Shown here: piece by piece, positions 13,532 through 27,701 of the stretch
Layout of the letters: the number at the start of each line of letters is the position of its first letter
Numbering within the stretch: the first letter of the stretch is position 1
Source: Scyliorhinus canicula
Lineage: Eukaryota
Assembly (NCBI RefSeq): GCF_902713615.1
Contig: NC_052149.1
Span: forward strand, 126,793,256-126,857,255
Direction: 5' to 3'
DNA length: 64,000 nt
The notes under the pieces: model-generated
Databases searched by the model: none
Seen by the model: only the letters and a program-made list of their open reading frames with translations
What the model was told of the DNA's origin: nothing
Position numbers and translations under genes: made by a program

Positions 13532-14084
13532 GGAAAGGAAATGAAATACCTGCAAATAAAGCACTTCCTCTGCAAAGAGACAGTTGGGTACCCCAGGGCC
13601 CCAGAGACCACACTACTAAAGAACCTGTTGAATACAGACAGTAAAGAAGGGGGAAAATATACAGACAGCTTCTGGACAGAGCCCGAACACCATTGGACGA
13701 GACCAGATGGAAATGGGAAGATGAACTGGGGACAGAGGTAGGGTGGGGACTCTGGAGCGAAGCACTGAGCAGGGTGAACTCCACCTCCTCCTGCGCAAGG
13801 CTGAGCCTAATGCAGCTCAAAGTGGTGCACAGAGCGCACCTGACCAGAACCCGAATGAGCAGGTTCTTCCCGGAGGTGGAGGATAAATGTGAACGGTGCC
13901 AGAGGGGCCCGGCCAACCACACCCATATGTTCTGGACTTATCCCAAACTTGCTGGGTAAATAAACACGACCAGTAATGTACATAATTGTTAAGAATTCTT
14001 GAAAATACCAATATAAATATTTTTTAATAAACCCCACCTCGCTCCCACCTTTCTCCTCCCCTCCACTGTCGCTAAATTATCCGA

Positions 14085-14919
14085 CTTGGGATTCTCCGGT
14101 GGCCGAGGGCGAAATCGCGTTCGGCCGGAGAACCAACGTTTTTGCCGAAATTGGGGTGGCGGCGCTTTCGCGATACTCCGCCCCCTCCAACGCGGCCTGC
14201 TCGAGCGGTACGCAGTATCGACAGCCTCTGGATGTTGCCTGAGGCCCTCCCTCCCCCCCGCCCCCCGATGCTCCACCCCCTCCAATGCGGCCTGCTCGAG
14301 GGGTACGCAGCATCGTCAGCCTCAGGATCTTGCCTGAGGCCCTGCTCCCCGATGCTCCACCCCCTCCAACGCGGCCTGCTCGAGGGGTACGCAGCATCGA
14401 CAGCCTCAGGATGTTGCCTGAGGCCCTCCCCCTCCCTCCCCCCCGATGCACCGCCCCCCGACCGGCCGAGTACCCAATGGCGTCGGTCGCGTGTGCTGTG
14501 AATCGTGGGGAACTCGGTGTGGCGGCTGCGGACTCAGTCCATCACCGCCACAGTCGGGGGAGAGCTGATCCACGGGCAGGGGGGACTTTGGCAGGGGCTG
14601 GGGGCAGTGTTAGGGGTTGGTCTGGGGGTAGCGAGTCGGCCAAAGGGGGGGCATTATTTTCCAGGTCAGGTCTGTGCGTGGCCGTCGCCTGGTTGTACGG
14701 AGCAGCCGCTGCAGGCCACCGCCGTGCGTATGAGGGGTCACGGACGGCAATTCTCCGGGCCGTATCACCAACTAAATCCGGGTGCTCTACGCTGCCGGCA
14801 TACTGGCACCCAGCCAGACGGAGGATCCGTGGCCGCTTTGCACCGAATATACGGTCGTAAAACACCACCGTTCCCAAGCCGGCATCAGGACACAGCCTGA
14901 AAATCGGAGAATCCAACCC
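14085..14919. mobile_element. GC-rich non-autonomous DNA element (GGATTCTCCG terminal motif) with ~3 internal 85-95-bp repeats
   Basis: Left GGGATTCTCCG and right CGGAGAATCCAACCC match the ends of the MITE at 26229. Confidence 0.55.
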
Positions 14920-15009
14920 CTTATCCGACATCCAGCACTGGATCAGCTGAAATGTCCTCCAATTAAATATTGGGAATACTGAATCCATTGTTTTCAGCCC
15001 CCACTCCAA

Positions 15010-15560
15010 ACTCAGTTCTCTAACTAGCTACTCCATCCCTCTCCATGGTAACAGTCTGACATTAAACCAGTCTCTTCACAACCTGGGGCTGACATTTAAC
15101 CCCGAGCTGAGCTTCCGACCTCATATTGGTGACATCACTAAGATGGTCTATTTCCACCTCAGTAACATCGCTCAACTTCACCCGTCTCAGCTCATCTACT
15201 GCGGAAACCATCACCCATGTCTCCGTTACCTCTGGACGTGACTATTCCCATACACTCCTGGCTGCTCTCCCACATCCTACCCTCCGGAAACATGAGCTCA
15301 TCCAAAACTCTGCTGTCCCAGCCTGAACTCCCACCAAGTCCCGTTCCCCTATCACCCCCTGTACTCACTGACCCACACTGACTCCTGGTCAAGCAATGTC
15401 TTTATTTAAAAATTCTCATCCTTGTTTTCCAATCCCTCCATGTCCTCGCCCCTCCCTATCTCTGGAATCTCCTCCAGCCCCACAACCCTCAGAGATATCT
15501 GCGCTCCTCTAATTCTGGCCTCTTGTACATTCCTGATTAGAATCGCTCCCCCATTGGTGG
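15010..15560 (+). mobile_element. Degenerate L2-type LINE 3' fragment
   Basis: Decayed sequence resembling NLGxTFxPELSFRPHI-YFHLxNIA. Several stops. Confidence 0.55.
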
Positions 15561-15829
15561 CTGTGCCTTCAGCTGCCATTGCCAAGGCCTGTAGCCATCT
15601 GACTGCGCATCCCACTGACCACCCACCATGGCCCATGGCTGTGCAGAGCGTCACCGGCCTACTCCACCCCACCCCATCACCACCACCCGATCCCCAACCT
15701 CCCCTTCCCTTCTGACAGCCGGGCGCCACCCTGCTGGCGGGGCAACATGAGGCCCACCCAAGGAGAACGCCCACATGGGTTGTACCAGCCACCGGTACCC
15801 CTGCCGGCAGGAATGGGTGCCAGGGTCTG

Positions 15830-16780
15830 AGTATTCCATTACACTCCTGACTTGTGCCTTGTAGATAGTGGGTAGGCAAGGAGTCAGGAGGTGAGTTACT
15901 CACCACAGGACTTCCTAACCTCTGACCTGTTCCTGTCGCCACAGTTTTTAGATGGCTCGACCAGTTCAGTTTCTGGTCAATGGCAACCCCAGGATGTTTA
16001 AAATGGGGATTTAGCAATGGCAATGCCAGTGAAAGACATGGAGCAATGTTTAACTTCCCTCTAGTTGGATGGGGCCACAGTGGTTAACACTGTTGCTTCA
16101 CAGTGCCATGGTCCCAGGTTCGATTCCCCGCTGGGTCACTGTCTGTGAGGAGCCTACACGTTCTCCCCATATCTGCATAGAGTTCCTCATGCAGTCCAAA
16201 GAGACGCAGGTTTGGTGGATTGGCCATGCTGAATCGCCCTCATTGACCAAAACGGTCAGGAAGGGGTTATTGGGTTACGGGGATAGGGTGGAAGTGAGGG
16301 CTTAAGTGGGTCGGTGCAGAATTAATGGGCCAAATGGCCTTCACCTGCACTGTATGTTCTATGTTCTATGTGCTGGGTATGACTGCGACCAGCCGAGGGT
16401 TTTCCCCCCTGATTCCCATTGACACCAGTTTAGCTCAGGTTCCTTGATGCCAAACTCGGTTAAATGCTGCCTCGATGTCAAAGGGCAGTCACTCTGACCT
16501 CACCTCTGGAGTTCAGCTCTTTTGTCCATGTTGAGCTGAGTGACTTTGGCAGAACCCAAACTGAGCATCAGTGAGCAGGTTATTGTGCAGCAAGTGGCAC
16601 TTGATAGCGTTGTTGATGACCCCTTTCATAATTTTGCTGATGAATGAGAGTGGGCTGATGGACGGAAATTGGCCGGATTGGATTTCTTCTGCATTTTGTG
16701 TACAGGACATTCCTGGGCAATTTTCCACATTGCTGGGTAGATGCCAGTGATGTATCTGCACTGGAACAGCTCGTCCTGGA
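15830..16780 (-). mobile_element. Fragments of a CR1/L2-group LINE, with a V-SINE (+) at ~16070-16370
   Basis: Minus ORF 16513-16797 (NNAIKCHLLHNNLLTDAQFGF) resembles the element at 22400-24570. The SINE has a tRNA-like head and a (TGTTCTA)n tail. Confidence 0.6.
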
Positions 16781-16839
16781 GCGGCGGTAATAACCACCCG
16801 ACTAACTAACCACCATCCGACTAACTAACCAACCTACCC

Positions 16840-19800
16840 ATCTGGCATCGTGTCCAACTACCATCCTATCCAGCTATCACCCTACCCAGCTATCACCCTA
16901 CCCAGCAATCACCCTACCCAGCTATCACCCTACCCAGCTATCACACTACCCAGCTATCATCCTACCCAGCTATCACACTACCCAGCTATCACCCTACCCA
17001 GCTATCACCCTGCCCAGCTATCACCCTACCCAGCTACCCACCCTAGCCAGCTACCCACCCTACCCAGCTATCACCCTACCCAGCTATCACCCTACCCAGC
17101 TATCACCCTACCCAGCTACCCACCCTAGCCAGCTACCCACCCTAACCAGCTATCACCCTACCCAGCTATCACCCTACCCAGCTACCACCCTACCCAACTA
17201 CCCACCCTACCCAGCTACCCACCCTACCCAGCTATCACCCTACCCCTCTATCACCCTACCCAGCTATCATCCTACCCAGCTATCACCCTACCCAGCTATC
17301 ACCCTACCCAGATATCAAACTACCCAGCTATCACCCTACCCATCTATCACCCTACCCAGCTATCACCCTACCCAGCTATCACCCTACCCAGCTATCACCC
17401 TACCCAGCTACCCACCCTACCCAGCTATCACCCTACCCAGCTATCACCCTACCCAGCTATCACCCTACCCATCTATCACCCTACCCAGCTATCACCCTAC
17501 CCAGCTATCACCCTACCCAGCTATCACCCTACCCAGCTACCCACCCTACCCAGCTATCACCCTACCCAGCTAAAACCCTACCCAGCTATCACCCTACGCA
17601 GCTATCACCCTACCCAGCTAACACCCTACCCAGCTATCACCCAACCCAGCTATCACCCTACCCAGCTATCACCCGACCCAGATATCAAACTACCCAGCTA
17701 TCACCCTACCCAGCTATCACCCTACCCAGCTATCACCCTACACAGCTATCACCCTACCCAGCTACCCACCCTACCCAGCTATCACCCTACCCAGCTAACA
17801 CCCTACCCAGCTATCACCCGACCCAGCTATCACCCCAACCCAGCTATCACCCAACCCAGCTATCACCCTACCCAGCTATCACCCTACCCAGCTAACACCC
17901 TACCCAGCTATCACCCTACCCAGCTACCCAACCTAACCAGCTATCACCCTACCCAGCTATCACCCTACCCAGCTATCACCCTACCCATCTACCCACCCTA
18001 CCCAGCTATCACCCTACCCAGCTATCAACCTACCCAGCTACCCACCCTACCCAGATACCCACACTACCCAGCTATCACCCTACCCACCCTACCCAGCTAT
18101 CACCCTACCCAGTTATCACCTACCCAGCTAACACCCTACCCAGCTATCACCCTACCCAGCTACCCAACCTAACCAGCTATCACCCTACCCAGCTATCACC
18201 CTACCCAGCTATCACCCTACCCATCTACCCACCCTACCCAGCTATCACCCTACCCAGCTATCAACCTACCCAGCTACCCACCCTACCCAGATACCCACAC
18301 TACCCAGCTATCACCCTACCCACCCTACCCAGCTATCACCCTACCCAGCTGACACCCTACCCAGCTACCCATCCACCCAGCTATCACCCTACCCAGCTAC
18401 CCACCCTACCCAGATACCCACACTACCCAGCTATCACCCTACCCACCCTACCCAGCTATCACCCTACCCAGCTATCACCCTACCCAGCTACCACCCTACC
18501 CAGCTATCACCCTACCCTGCTACCCACCCTACCCAGCTATCACCCTACCCAGCTATCATCCTACCCTGCTACCCACCCTACCCAGCTATCACCCTACCCA
18601 GCTACCCACCCTACCCAGCTACCACCCTACACAGCTACCACCCTACCCAGCTACCACCCTTCCCAGCTATCAACCTACCCAGCTATCACCCTACCCTGCT
18701 ACCCACCCTACCCAGCTATCACCCTACCCGGCTACCCACCCTACCCAGCTATCACCCTACCCAGCTATCACCCTACCCAGCTACCACCCTACACAACTAT
18801 CACCCTACCCAGCTACCCACCCTACCCAGCTATCACCCTACCCAACTAACACCCTACCCATCTACCCACCCTACCCAGCTGTCACCCTACCCAGCTATCA
18901 CCCTACCCAGCTATCACCCTACCCAGCAATCACCCTACCCAGCTATCACCCTACCCAGCTATCACCCTACCCATCTATCACCCTACCCAGCTATCACCCT
19001 ACCCAACTATCACCCTACCCAGCTATCACCCTACCCAGCTACCCACCCTACCCAGCTATCACCCTACCCAGCTAAAACCCTACCCAGCTATCACCCTACG
19101 CAGCTATCACCCTACCCAGCTAACACCCTACCCAGCTATCACCCAACCCAGCTATCACCCTACCCAGCTATCACCCGACCCAGATATCAAACTACCCAGC
19201 TATCACCCTACCCAGCTATCACCCTACCCAGCTATCACCCTACACAGCTATCACCCTACCCAGCTACCCACCCTACCCAGCTATCACCCTACCCAGCTAA
19301 CACCCTACCCAGCTATCACCCGACCCAGCTATCACCCCAACCCAGCTATCACCCAACCCAGCTATCACCCTACCCAGCTATCACCCTACCCAGCTAACAC
19401 CCTACCCAGCTATCACCCTACCCAGCTACCCAACCTAACCAGCTATCACCCTACCCAGCTATCACCCTACCCAGCTATCACCCTACCCATCTACCCACCC
19501 TACCCAGCTATCACCCTACCCAGCTATCACCCTACCCAGCTACCCACCCTACCCAGATACCCACACTACCCAGCTATCACCCTACCCACCCTACCCAGCT
19601 ATCACCCTACCCAGCTATCACCCTACCCAGCTACCACCCTACCCAGCTATCACCCTACCGAGCTACCACCCTACCCAGCTATCCACGCTACCCAGCTATC
19701 ACCCTACCCAGCTGTCACCCTACCCAGCTACCCATCCACCCAGCTATCAACCTACCCAGCTATCACCCTACCCTGCTACCCACCCTACCCAGCTATCACC

Positions 19801-22125
19801 CTACCCAGCTATCATCCTACCCTGCTACCCACCCTACCCAGCTATCACCCTACCCAGCTACCCACCCTACCCAGCTACCACCCTACACAGCTACCACCCT
19901 ACCCAGCTACCACCCTTCCCAGCTATCAACCTACCCAGCTATCACCCTACCCTGCTACCCACCCTACCCAGCTATCACCCTAGCCGGCTACCCACCCTAC
20001 CCAGCTATCACCCTACCCAGCTATCACCCTACCCAGCTACCACCCTACACAACTATCACCCTACCCAGCTACCCACCCTACCCAGCTATCACCCTACCCA
20101 ACTAACACCCTACCCATCTACCCACCCTACCCAGCTGTCACCCTACCCAGCTATCACCCTACCCAGCTATCACCCTACCCAGCAATCACCCTACCCAGCT
20201 ATCACCCTACCCAGCTATCACCCTACCCAGCTATCACCCTACCCAGCTACCACCCTACCCAGCTACCCACCCTACCCAGCTATCACCCTACCCAGCTACC
20301 ACCCTACCCAGCTATCACCCTACCCAGCTATCACCCTACCCAGCTATCACCCTACCCAGCTATCACCCTACCCAGCTATCACCCTACCCAGCTACCCACC
20401 CTACCCAGCTACCCATCCTACCCAGCTATCACCCTACCCAACTATCACCTTACCCAGCTATCACCCTACCCAGCTATCACCCTACCCAGCTACCCACCCT
20501 ACCCAGCTATCACACTACCCAGCTATCACCCTACCCAGCTATCACCCTACCCAGCTATCACCCAACCCACCCTACCCAGCTATCACCCTACACAGCTATC
20601 ACCCTACCCAGCTACCCACCCTACCCAGCGATCACCCTACCCAGCTATCACCCTACCCAGTTATCACCCTACCCACCCTACCCAGCTATCACCCTACCCA
20701 GCTATCACCCTAACCAGCTAGCCACCCTACCCAGCTATCACCCTACCCAGCTACCACCCTACCCAACTACCCACCGTACCCAGCTACCCACCCTACCCAG
20801 CTATCACCCTACCCATCTATCACCCTACCCAGCTATCACCCTACCCAGCTATCACACTACCCAGCTATCACCCTACCCAGCTATCACCCTACCCAGCTAT
20901 CCCCCCACCCAGCTATCACCCTACCCAGCTATCACCCTACCCACCCTACCCAGCTATCACCCTACCCACCCTACCCAGCTATCACCCTACCCAGCTATCA
21001 CCCTACCCAGCTATCACCCTACACAGCTATCACCCTACCCAGCTATCACACTACCCAGCTATCAACCTACCCAGCTATCACACTACCCAGCTATCACCCT
21101 ACCCAGCTACCACCTACCCAGCTACCCACCCTACCCAGCTATCACCCTACCCAGCTATCACACTACCCAGCTATCACACTACCCAGCTATCACACTACCC
21201 AGCTATCACTCTACCCAGCTACCCACCCTACCCAGCTAACACCCCACCCAGCTATCACCCCACCCAGCTACCCACCCTACCCAGCTATCACCCTACCCAT
21301 CTACCCACCCTACCCAGCTATCACCCTACCCAGCTATCACCCTACCCAGCTATCACCCTACCCAGCTACCCACCCTACCCAGCTGTCACCCTACCCAGCT
21401 ACCCACCCTACCCAGCTATCACCCTACCCATCTACCCACCCTACCCAGCTATCACCCTACCCAGCTATCACCCTACCCAGCTATCACCCTACCCAGCTAC
21501 CATCCTACCCACCTACACACCCTACCCAGCTATCACCCTACCCAGCTATCACCCTACCCAGCTACCCACCCTACCCATCTATCACCCTACCCAGCTATCA
21601 CCCTACCCAACTACCATCCTACCCACCTACACACCCTACACAGCTATCACCCTACCCAGCTACCATCCTACCCACCTACACACCCTACCCAGCTATCACC
21701 CTACCCAGCTATCACCCTACCCATCTACCCACCGTACCCAGCTATCCCCCTACCCAGCTATCACACTACCCAGCTATCACCCTCCCCATCTACCCACTCT
21801 ACCCAGCTACCATCGACCCATCAGGCACCCTCCCACCTACCACCCTACCCAGCTATCACCCTACCCAGCTATCACCCTACCCAGCTATCACCCTACCCAC
21901 CTATCACCCTACCCAGCTATCACCCTACCCAGCTATCACCCTACCCATCTACCCACTCTACCCAGCTACCGCCCAACCCACCAGGCACTTCCCACCTACC
22001 ACTCTACCAAGCTACCACCCTTCTTATCCACCCACCCTTCCCAGCAATCATCCTACCCAGCTATCACCCTACCCAGCTATCACCCTACCCAGCTATCACC
22101 CTACCCAGCTATCACCCTACTCTCT
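16840..22125. repeat. 16-bp minisatellite (CAGCTATCACCCTACC)n, C-rich on +, G-rich on -
   Basis: Direct reading, with variants CAGCTACCCACCCTACC and CAGCTACCACCCTACC. Roughly 320 units. Confidence 0.97.
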
Positions 22126-22399
22126 TGCCGCCTTACCCACCTCCCTACCCTTCTCATTTACCTCACTCATGTCCCCACCCTCCTCACTTACCTCACTCAC
22201 GTCCCCACTTGCACGCCCTCACACACCCATTGACTCAGACATTCGAACACACTGAGCAGCTTTGTGATCTTTAAACTTACCAGAATACGGCAGCTATCGG
22301 TGTAAAAAGGGCAGGTGGTGGCTCTGTGGTATTATCACTGGGCCAGTAATCCAGAGAGCCCAGGCTAATGTTCCCACTGGCAGGACCCACCAGAGGCAC

Positions 22400-24570
22400 A
22401 GTGACTGCCGGGAGGGAGTTACCCTGGGAGTCCTGAACATCAACGCAGGACACCATGAAATGCCATGGCATCAGGTCAAACCCAGACATGGAAACCTCAT
22501 GTTGATTACCACGTACAGTCAAACCCTTAACTGATGAATCATTACTCCTCCATGTTGAACACCACTTGGAGGAAGCACTGAGGGTGGCAAGGGCACAGAA
22601 TATACTCTGGATGTGGGACTTCAATGTCCATCACCAAGAGTGGCTCCACCACAGACCGAGCTGGCCGGAGTCATAAAGGACATAGCTGCTGGACCTGGGA
22701 CTGCAGCAGGTGGTGAGGGAACCAACAAGAGGGAAAATCATACTTGACCTCATCCTCACCAACCTGCCTGCCACAGATACATCTGTCCGTGACAGCATCA
22801 ATAGGAGTGAGCACCGCACAGTCCTTGTGGGGATAAAGTCCCATCTTCACATTGAGAATATCCTCCATCATGTTCTGTGACACTATCACCGTACTAAATG
22901 GGATAGACTTTAAACAGATCGAGAAACTCAAGACTGGGCATCCATGAGGTGCTGTGGGTCATCATCAGCAGCAGAATTAGACTCAACCTCAAACTGCAAC
23001 CTCATGACTGCATATCCCCCACTCTACCATTCCCACCAACCCAGGGGATCAACCCTGGTTTAAGGAAGAGTGCAGGAGTGCATGCCAGGAATAACACCAG
23101 GCATACCGAAAAATGAGGTGTCAACATCCTAAACCTACAACACAGGATTACCTGCCTGCCAAACAGCATAAGCAACAAGTATTAGACAGAGCTCAGCAAT
23201 AGATCCATAACCAACAGGTCAGATCTAAGCTCTGCAGTCCTTCCACATCCAGCCATGAATGGTGGTGGACAATTAAACAACTCACTGGGGTAGGAGGCTC
23301 CACAAAGATCCCCATCCTCAATGATGGGGGAGCCCAACACATAAGTGCAAACGATAAGGCTGAAGCAGTAATAACACTCTTCAACCAGAAACGCTGAGTG
23401 GATGATCCATCTCCGTCTCCTCCAGAGGTCTTCAGCATCACCGATATCAGCCTTCAGCCAGTTTGATTCACTCCACGTGATATGAAGAAACAGCTGAAGG
23501 CTCTGGATGCTGCAAAGCCTATGGGTCCTGACAACATCCCAGCAATAGTACTGAAGACGTGTGCCCCAGAACGTGCTTCACGCCTAGCCAAGCTGTTCCA
23601 GTACAGCTACAACACTGGCATCTACCCGACAATTTGGAAAGTTCCCAGGTGTGTCCAGTACACAGGAAACAGGACAAATACAACCCAGCTAATTATCACC
23701 CAGTCATTCTGCTCTCAATCATTAGCATCGTGATGGAAGGTGTCATCAACAGTGTTATCAGCGGCTCTTAGCAATAATCTGCTCACTGATACTCAGTTTG
23801 GGTTTCACGAGGGTAACTCAGCTCCTGAACTCATTCCAGCCTTGGTTCAAACATAGACAAAGGTGCTAAACTCTCGAGGTGAGGTGAGAGTGACTGCCCT
23901 TGACCAAGTTTGGCATCAAGGAACCCAAGCAAAACTGGACTCAATGGGAATCAGTGGGAAAAGTCTCTCCTGATTGGAGCCATACCTGGCACAAAGGTGG
24001 ATGGTTGTGGTTGTTGGAGGTCAATCATTTCAGTTCCAGGACATCACTGCAGGAGTTCCTCAGAGTAGTGACCTAGGCCCAACCATCTTCTGTTGCTTCA
24101 TCAATTACCTTCCTTCAATCATAACGCCAGAGGTGGGGATGTTCCCGAATGACTGCACAAAGTTCAGCACCATTCACAACTTCTCAGATACTGAAACCAT
24201 CCCTGTGTAAATGCAGCAAGACCTAGACAATATCCAGGCTTTGGCTGAAAAGTGGCAAGTAACACTTGCATCAAACATGTGCCAGACAATGGCCATCACC
24301 AACAAGAATGAATCTAACTGCTGCCCCTTTCAATGTCATTACCATTGCTGAATGCCCCATTTTCAACATCCTGGGGGTTATCATTGAGCAGAAACTGAAC
24401 TGGACCATCCATATCAATACTGTGCTTAACAAAACTCATCAAAGGCTGGGAATCCTACGGCGAGTAACTAACCTCCTGACTCCCCAAACCCTGTCCAACA
24501 TGTACAAGACACAAGTCAGGAGTGTGATGGAATACTCTCCACTTGCCTGGATGAGTGCAGCTCCAACCAC
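22400..24570 (+). mobile_element. Decayed CR1/L2-group LINE ORF2 (endonuclease remnant + RT)
   Basis: Remnants of DFNVHHQEW, GPDNIPAIVLKTCAPE, GVPQSSDLGPTIF and MFPNDCT. Many stops and frameshifts. Related copies at 54800-55210 (+) and 60520-62310 (-). Confidence 0.8.
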
Positions 24571-24789
24571 CCTCACCTTTATCTTTTCAGTGGTGGCAGC
24601 AACGGCAGGGTAAATTGCCGATTGTACGGGGATAGACAGCCGCGGTCTGAGATGATGGCACATTTCAGAAAGTGCGTGAGTATGTCCTGGAGGGTATTTT
24701 CAAATTGGATTAAATTGTCAGTCATTTTTTAAGCAAGGGAAGGGACCTGTTTGATTTATTTAATTTTTTAATTAAATTTTAAATTTAAA

Positions 24790-26560
24790 TAGTTTAGTCA
24801 TGACAGGCAAACTCAAAGATGTGTTATGTTCCTCCTGTTCTATGTGGGAAGCCAGGTACATTCCAGTGCCCGGGACCAGCATTTGTGCAGAAAGGCTGTC
24901 CAGCTATAGCTTCCGGAAGCTCGGATTTCATATCTGGAATGGTGGCTGGAGATAGTGTGGAGCATCCTTGAGGCTGAGAGCATCATGGGTAGCACGCTCA
25001 GAGAGATGGTCACACCGCAGCTGAAGGGTCTTGAAGATGGAAGGGAAAGGGTAGCACCAAGCTGTCTATGATAAACAGGCAGGTAGTTCAGGAGTTCCCT
25101 GGAAGCTGATGAAGGTACTGCTTCCTCCAGTGAGTGAGTGAGTGCAGACAGAGCCAAAAATATGGCACCACAGGAGCCTGTATGTACAGGAGGGGAGGAA
25201 GAGATGAAGAGCAATAATAATAGGGGAACCCATATCAGGGGAAAAGATAGGCATGACTGTGGCCATCAACCACTGTGACTCCTGAATGGTGAGTTGTCTC
25301 CCTGGTACCAGGGACTTGGATGTTGCTGCACGGCTGCAGGGAATCCTGAATGGGGGAGAGATAAGGCAGAGGTCATGGTCCATCTTGGTCCCAATGATAT
25401 CAGTAGAAAGAGGGATGAGGTCTTACATCAAGAATTCAGGAAGCAAGGCAATAGAATAAAAAGCAGGACCTCTCGGGTTGGGCAGTATGGTAGCACAGTG
25501 GGTAGCACTGTGTGCCTCACAGCTCCAGGGTCCCAGGTTCGATTCCTGGCTTGGGTCACTGTTTGTGTGGAGTCTGCACGTTCCCCCTGTGTCTGAATGA
25601 GCTTCGTCCGGATGCTCCGGTTTCCTCCCACAAGTCCCGTTAGATGTGCTGTTAGGCAATTTGGACATTCTGAATTCTCCCTCAGTGTACCCAAACAGGC
25701 ACCAGAGTGTGGCAACTAGGGGATTTTCACAGTAACTTCATTGCAGTGTTAATGTAAGCCTACTTGTGACAATAAAGATTATTATTATTATTATTATTGT
25801 AAACTCTGGATTACTCCCAGTGCCAGGTGCTAGTGAGCACAGAAATAGGAGAATAATGCAGATTAACGTGTGGCTTAAGAGCTGGTGCAGGAGGGAGGGG
25901 TGTAAATTCCTAGATCACTGGGACCATTTGTGGGGAAAGTGGGACCTGTGCAAGCAGGACAGTCGACATCTCAACCACAGAGGGACTAACATCCTTGTGG
26001 ATGGGTTTGCTTGTGCTGTTGGGAGGAGTTTAAAATAATTTGGCAAGGAGAGGGGATCACAGAATGTTAGCACAATAGGGACGCAGCATTATTCAGTAAA
26101 GCAATCGTGTCAGAGGCTATAGAACTTCATTGAATTTCAAGGGAGAAGGTAAGACTGGATGGCATCTACTTTATTGCCAGGAGTATTACAGGTGAAGCAG
26201 ATGAGTTAAGGGGGAGGATTGTCACGTGGGGCTGGATTCTCCGCCCCGTTGCACCACATTTCTGTTTCACCCCACTGGCGGGATGCTCCGTTACGCCAGC
26301 TAAACAATGGGGTTTCCCATTGTGGGCAGCCCCACACCGTTGGGAAACCTCCGGGCTGCCGGCAAAACGAAGCATCCGCCGGCGTAGAATCCAGCCCGTG
26401 GAATTGTGATATAGTTGCCATCACGGAGATGTGGTTGAGGGAGGGGCAGGATTGGCAGCTGATATAAAATCTTCAGGCGAGACAGGGGTGGGGGTAAATG
26501 AGGAGGAGGCATTGCATTATTAGTTAAGCAGTCAGTTACTGCAGGAAGGACAGATGTTGG
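24790..26560 (+). mobile_element. Decayed 5' part of a CR1 LINE (ORF1 SGNH/GDSL esterase-like region and start of ORF2), with a nested SINE and MITE
   Basis: VMVHLGPNDISRK-SGLLPVP-INVWLKSWCRREGCKFLDHW-HLNHRGTNIL, then DIVAITEMWLREGQDWQL. SINE at ~25480-25780. Confidence 0.7.
26229..26397. mobile_element. 169-bp MITE, PIF/Harbinger-like
   Basis: TIRs GGGCTGGATTCTCCGCC and GGCGTAGAATCCAGCCC. 3-bp TSD GTG at 26226-26228 and 26398-26400. Confidence 0.8.
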
Positions 26561-27701
26561 GCAGGTTTCTCTGTCGGCCAACACCAAAATCGCAAAATGC
26601 AATTTGGTGGGGAATGTGTTTTGACTCTGAAATTGTGGCGCGCGCCGGTTTCAAAATCGCAATTCTCCGGTGCCTCGACAGCAGCGTCATTGTGTTCCAT
26701 TCCTCACTTAGAGAAAATGGCATTGGCATATCAGCGTGCCTGACCCGGTATTCTCCAGGACTCCGCGATTCTCCGCCTCCATCGGGGGGAGTTCCCGACG
26801 GCGAGGTTCACTTGTGCTTTTAACAATCGTGAAACAGGCGCCGTGGCTGAAGAGGGAGAGAGAGGGGTTCGGACCCGGAGAGGCGCCACCTCTTCGATGC
26901 CGGTTATGATGCTGGGGGAGGGGGTGGGCTGCACGATTGTCCTCAATACCTGGGCCCTCTAAAGCTGCGTACCTAGCTCCCTACTATATTTCCTATACAC
27001 ACACGACTGCGTGGCAAAGTTTGGCTCCAACTCCATGTCCAGGTTTGCTGATGACACAACCATAGTGGGTCGGATCTTCAACAACGATGACTCAGAGTAG
27101 AAGAGGGAGATAGAGAACCTTGTGGAGTGGTGCAATGACAACAATCTCTCCCTCAAAGTCAGTGAAACTGAAGAGTTGGTCATTGACTTCAGGAAGCGCA
27201 GTGTCATACACACCCCTGTCTGCATCAATGGTGTAGAGGTGGAGATGGTGTCGAGGTGGAGATGGTTATCAGTTTCAAATTCCTAGGTGTGCACATCACC
27301 AATAAGCTGTCCTTGTCCACCAATGTCGACGTTGTGACCAAGAAAGCACAACAGTGCCTATACCTCCTCAGGAAACAAAGGAAATTTGGTATATATCCAC
27401 ATTAACTCTTCCCAATTTTTACAGAGGCACCATAGTAAGCATCCTATCTGGCAGCATCACAGCCTGGTGTGGCAACTGCTTGGCCCAACACCGTAAGAAT
27501 CTACAGAGTCATGAACACAGCCCAGTCCATCACACAATCCCTCGCCTCCCATCCATTGACTCTGTCTACGCCTCCCACTGCATTAGGAGAGCGGGCAGCA
27601 TAATCAAAGACCCCTCCCACCCAGCTTACTCACTCTTCCCACTTCTTCCATCGACCAGGAGATACAAAAGTCTGAGAACACGCACTAACAGGTTCAAAAA
27701 C

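Larger units (their letters stand above)
7335..13960 (+). pseudogene. L1/Tx1-like ORF2 C-terminal fragment, split by a 91-bp array and a CR1 insertion
   Basis: 7340-7700 reads GGLAFPNRQYYHWAA-ERLRGWV-EEASCKG, resembling GGLALPNLSNYYWAA-EAASCRG in the L1 at 47411. 13540-13959 reads WKWEDELG-ALSRVN-LKVVHRAHLTRTRMS-CERC-HTHMFW, the Cys/His-rich ORF2 C-terminus. Confidence 0.8.
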
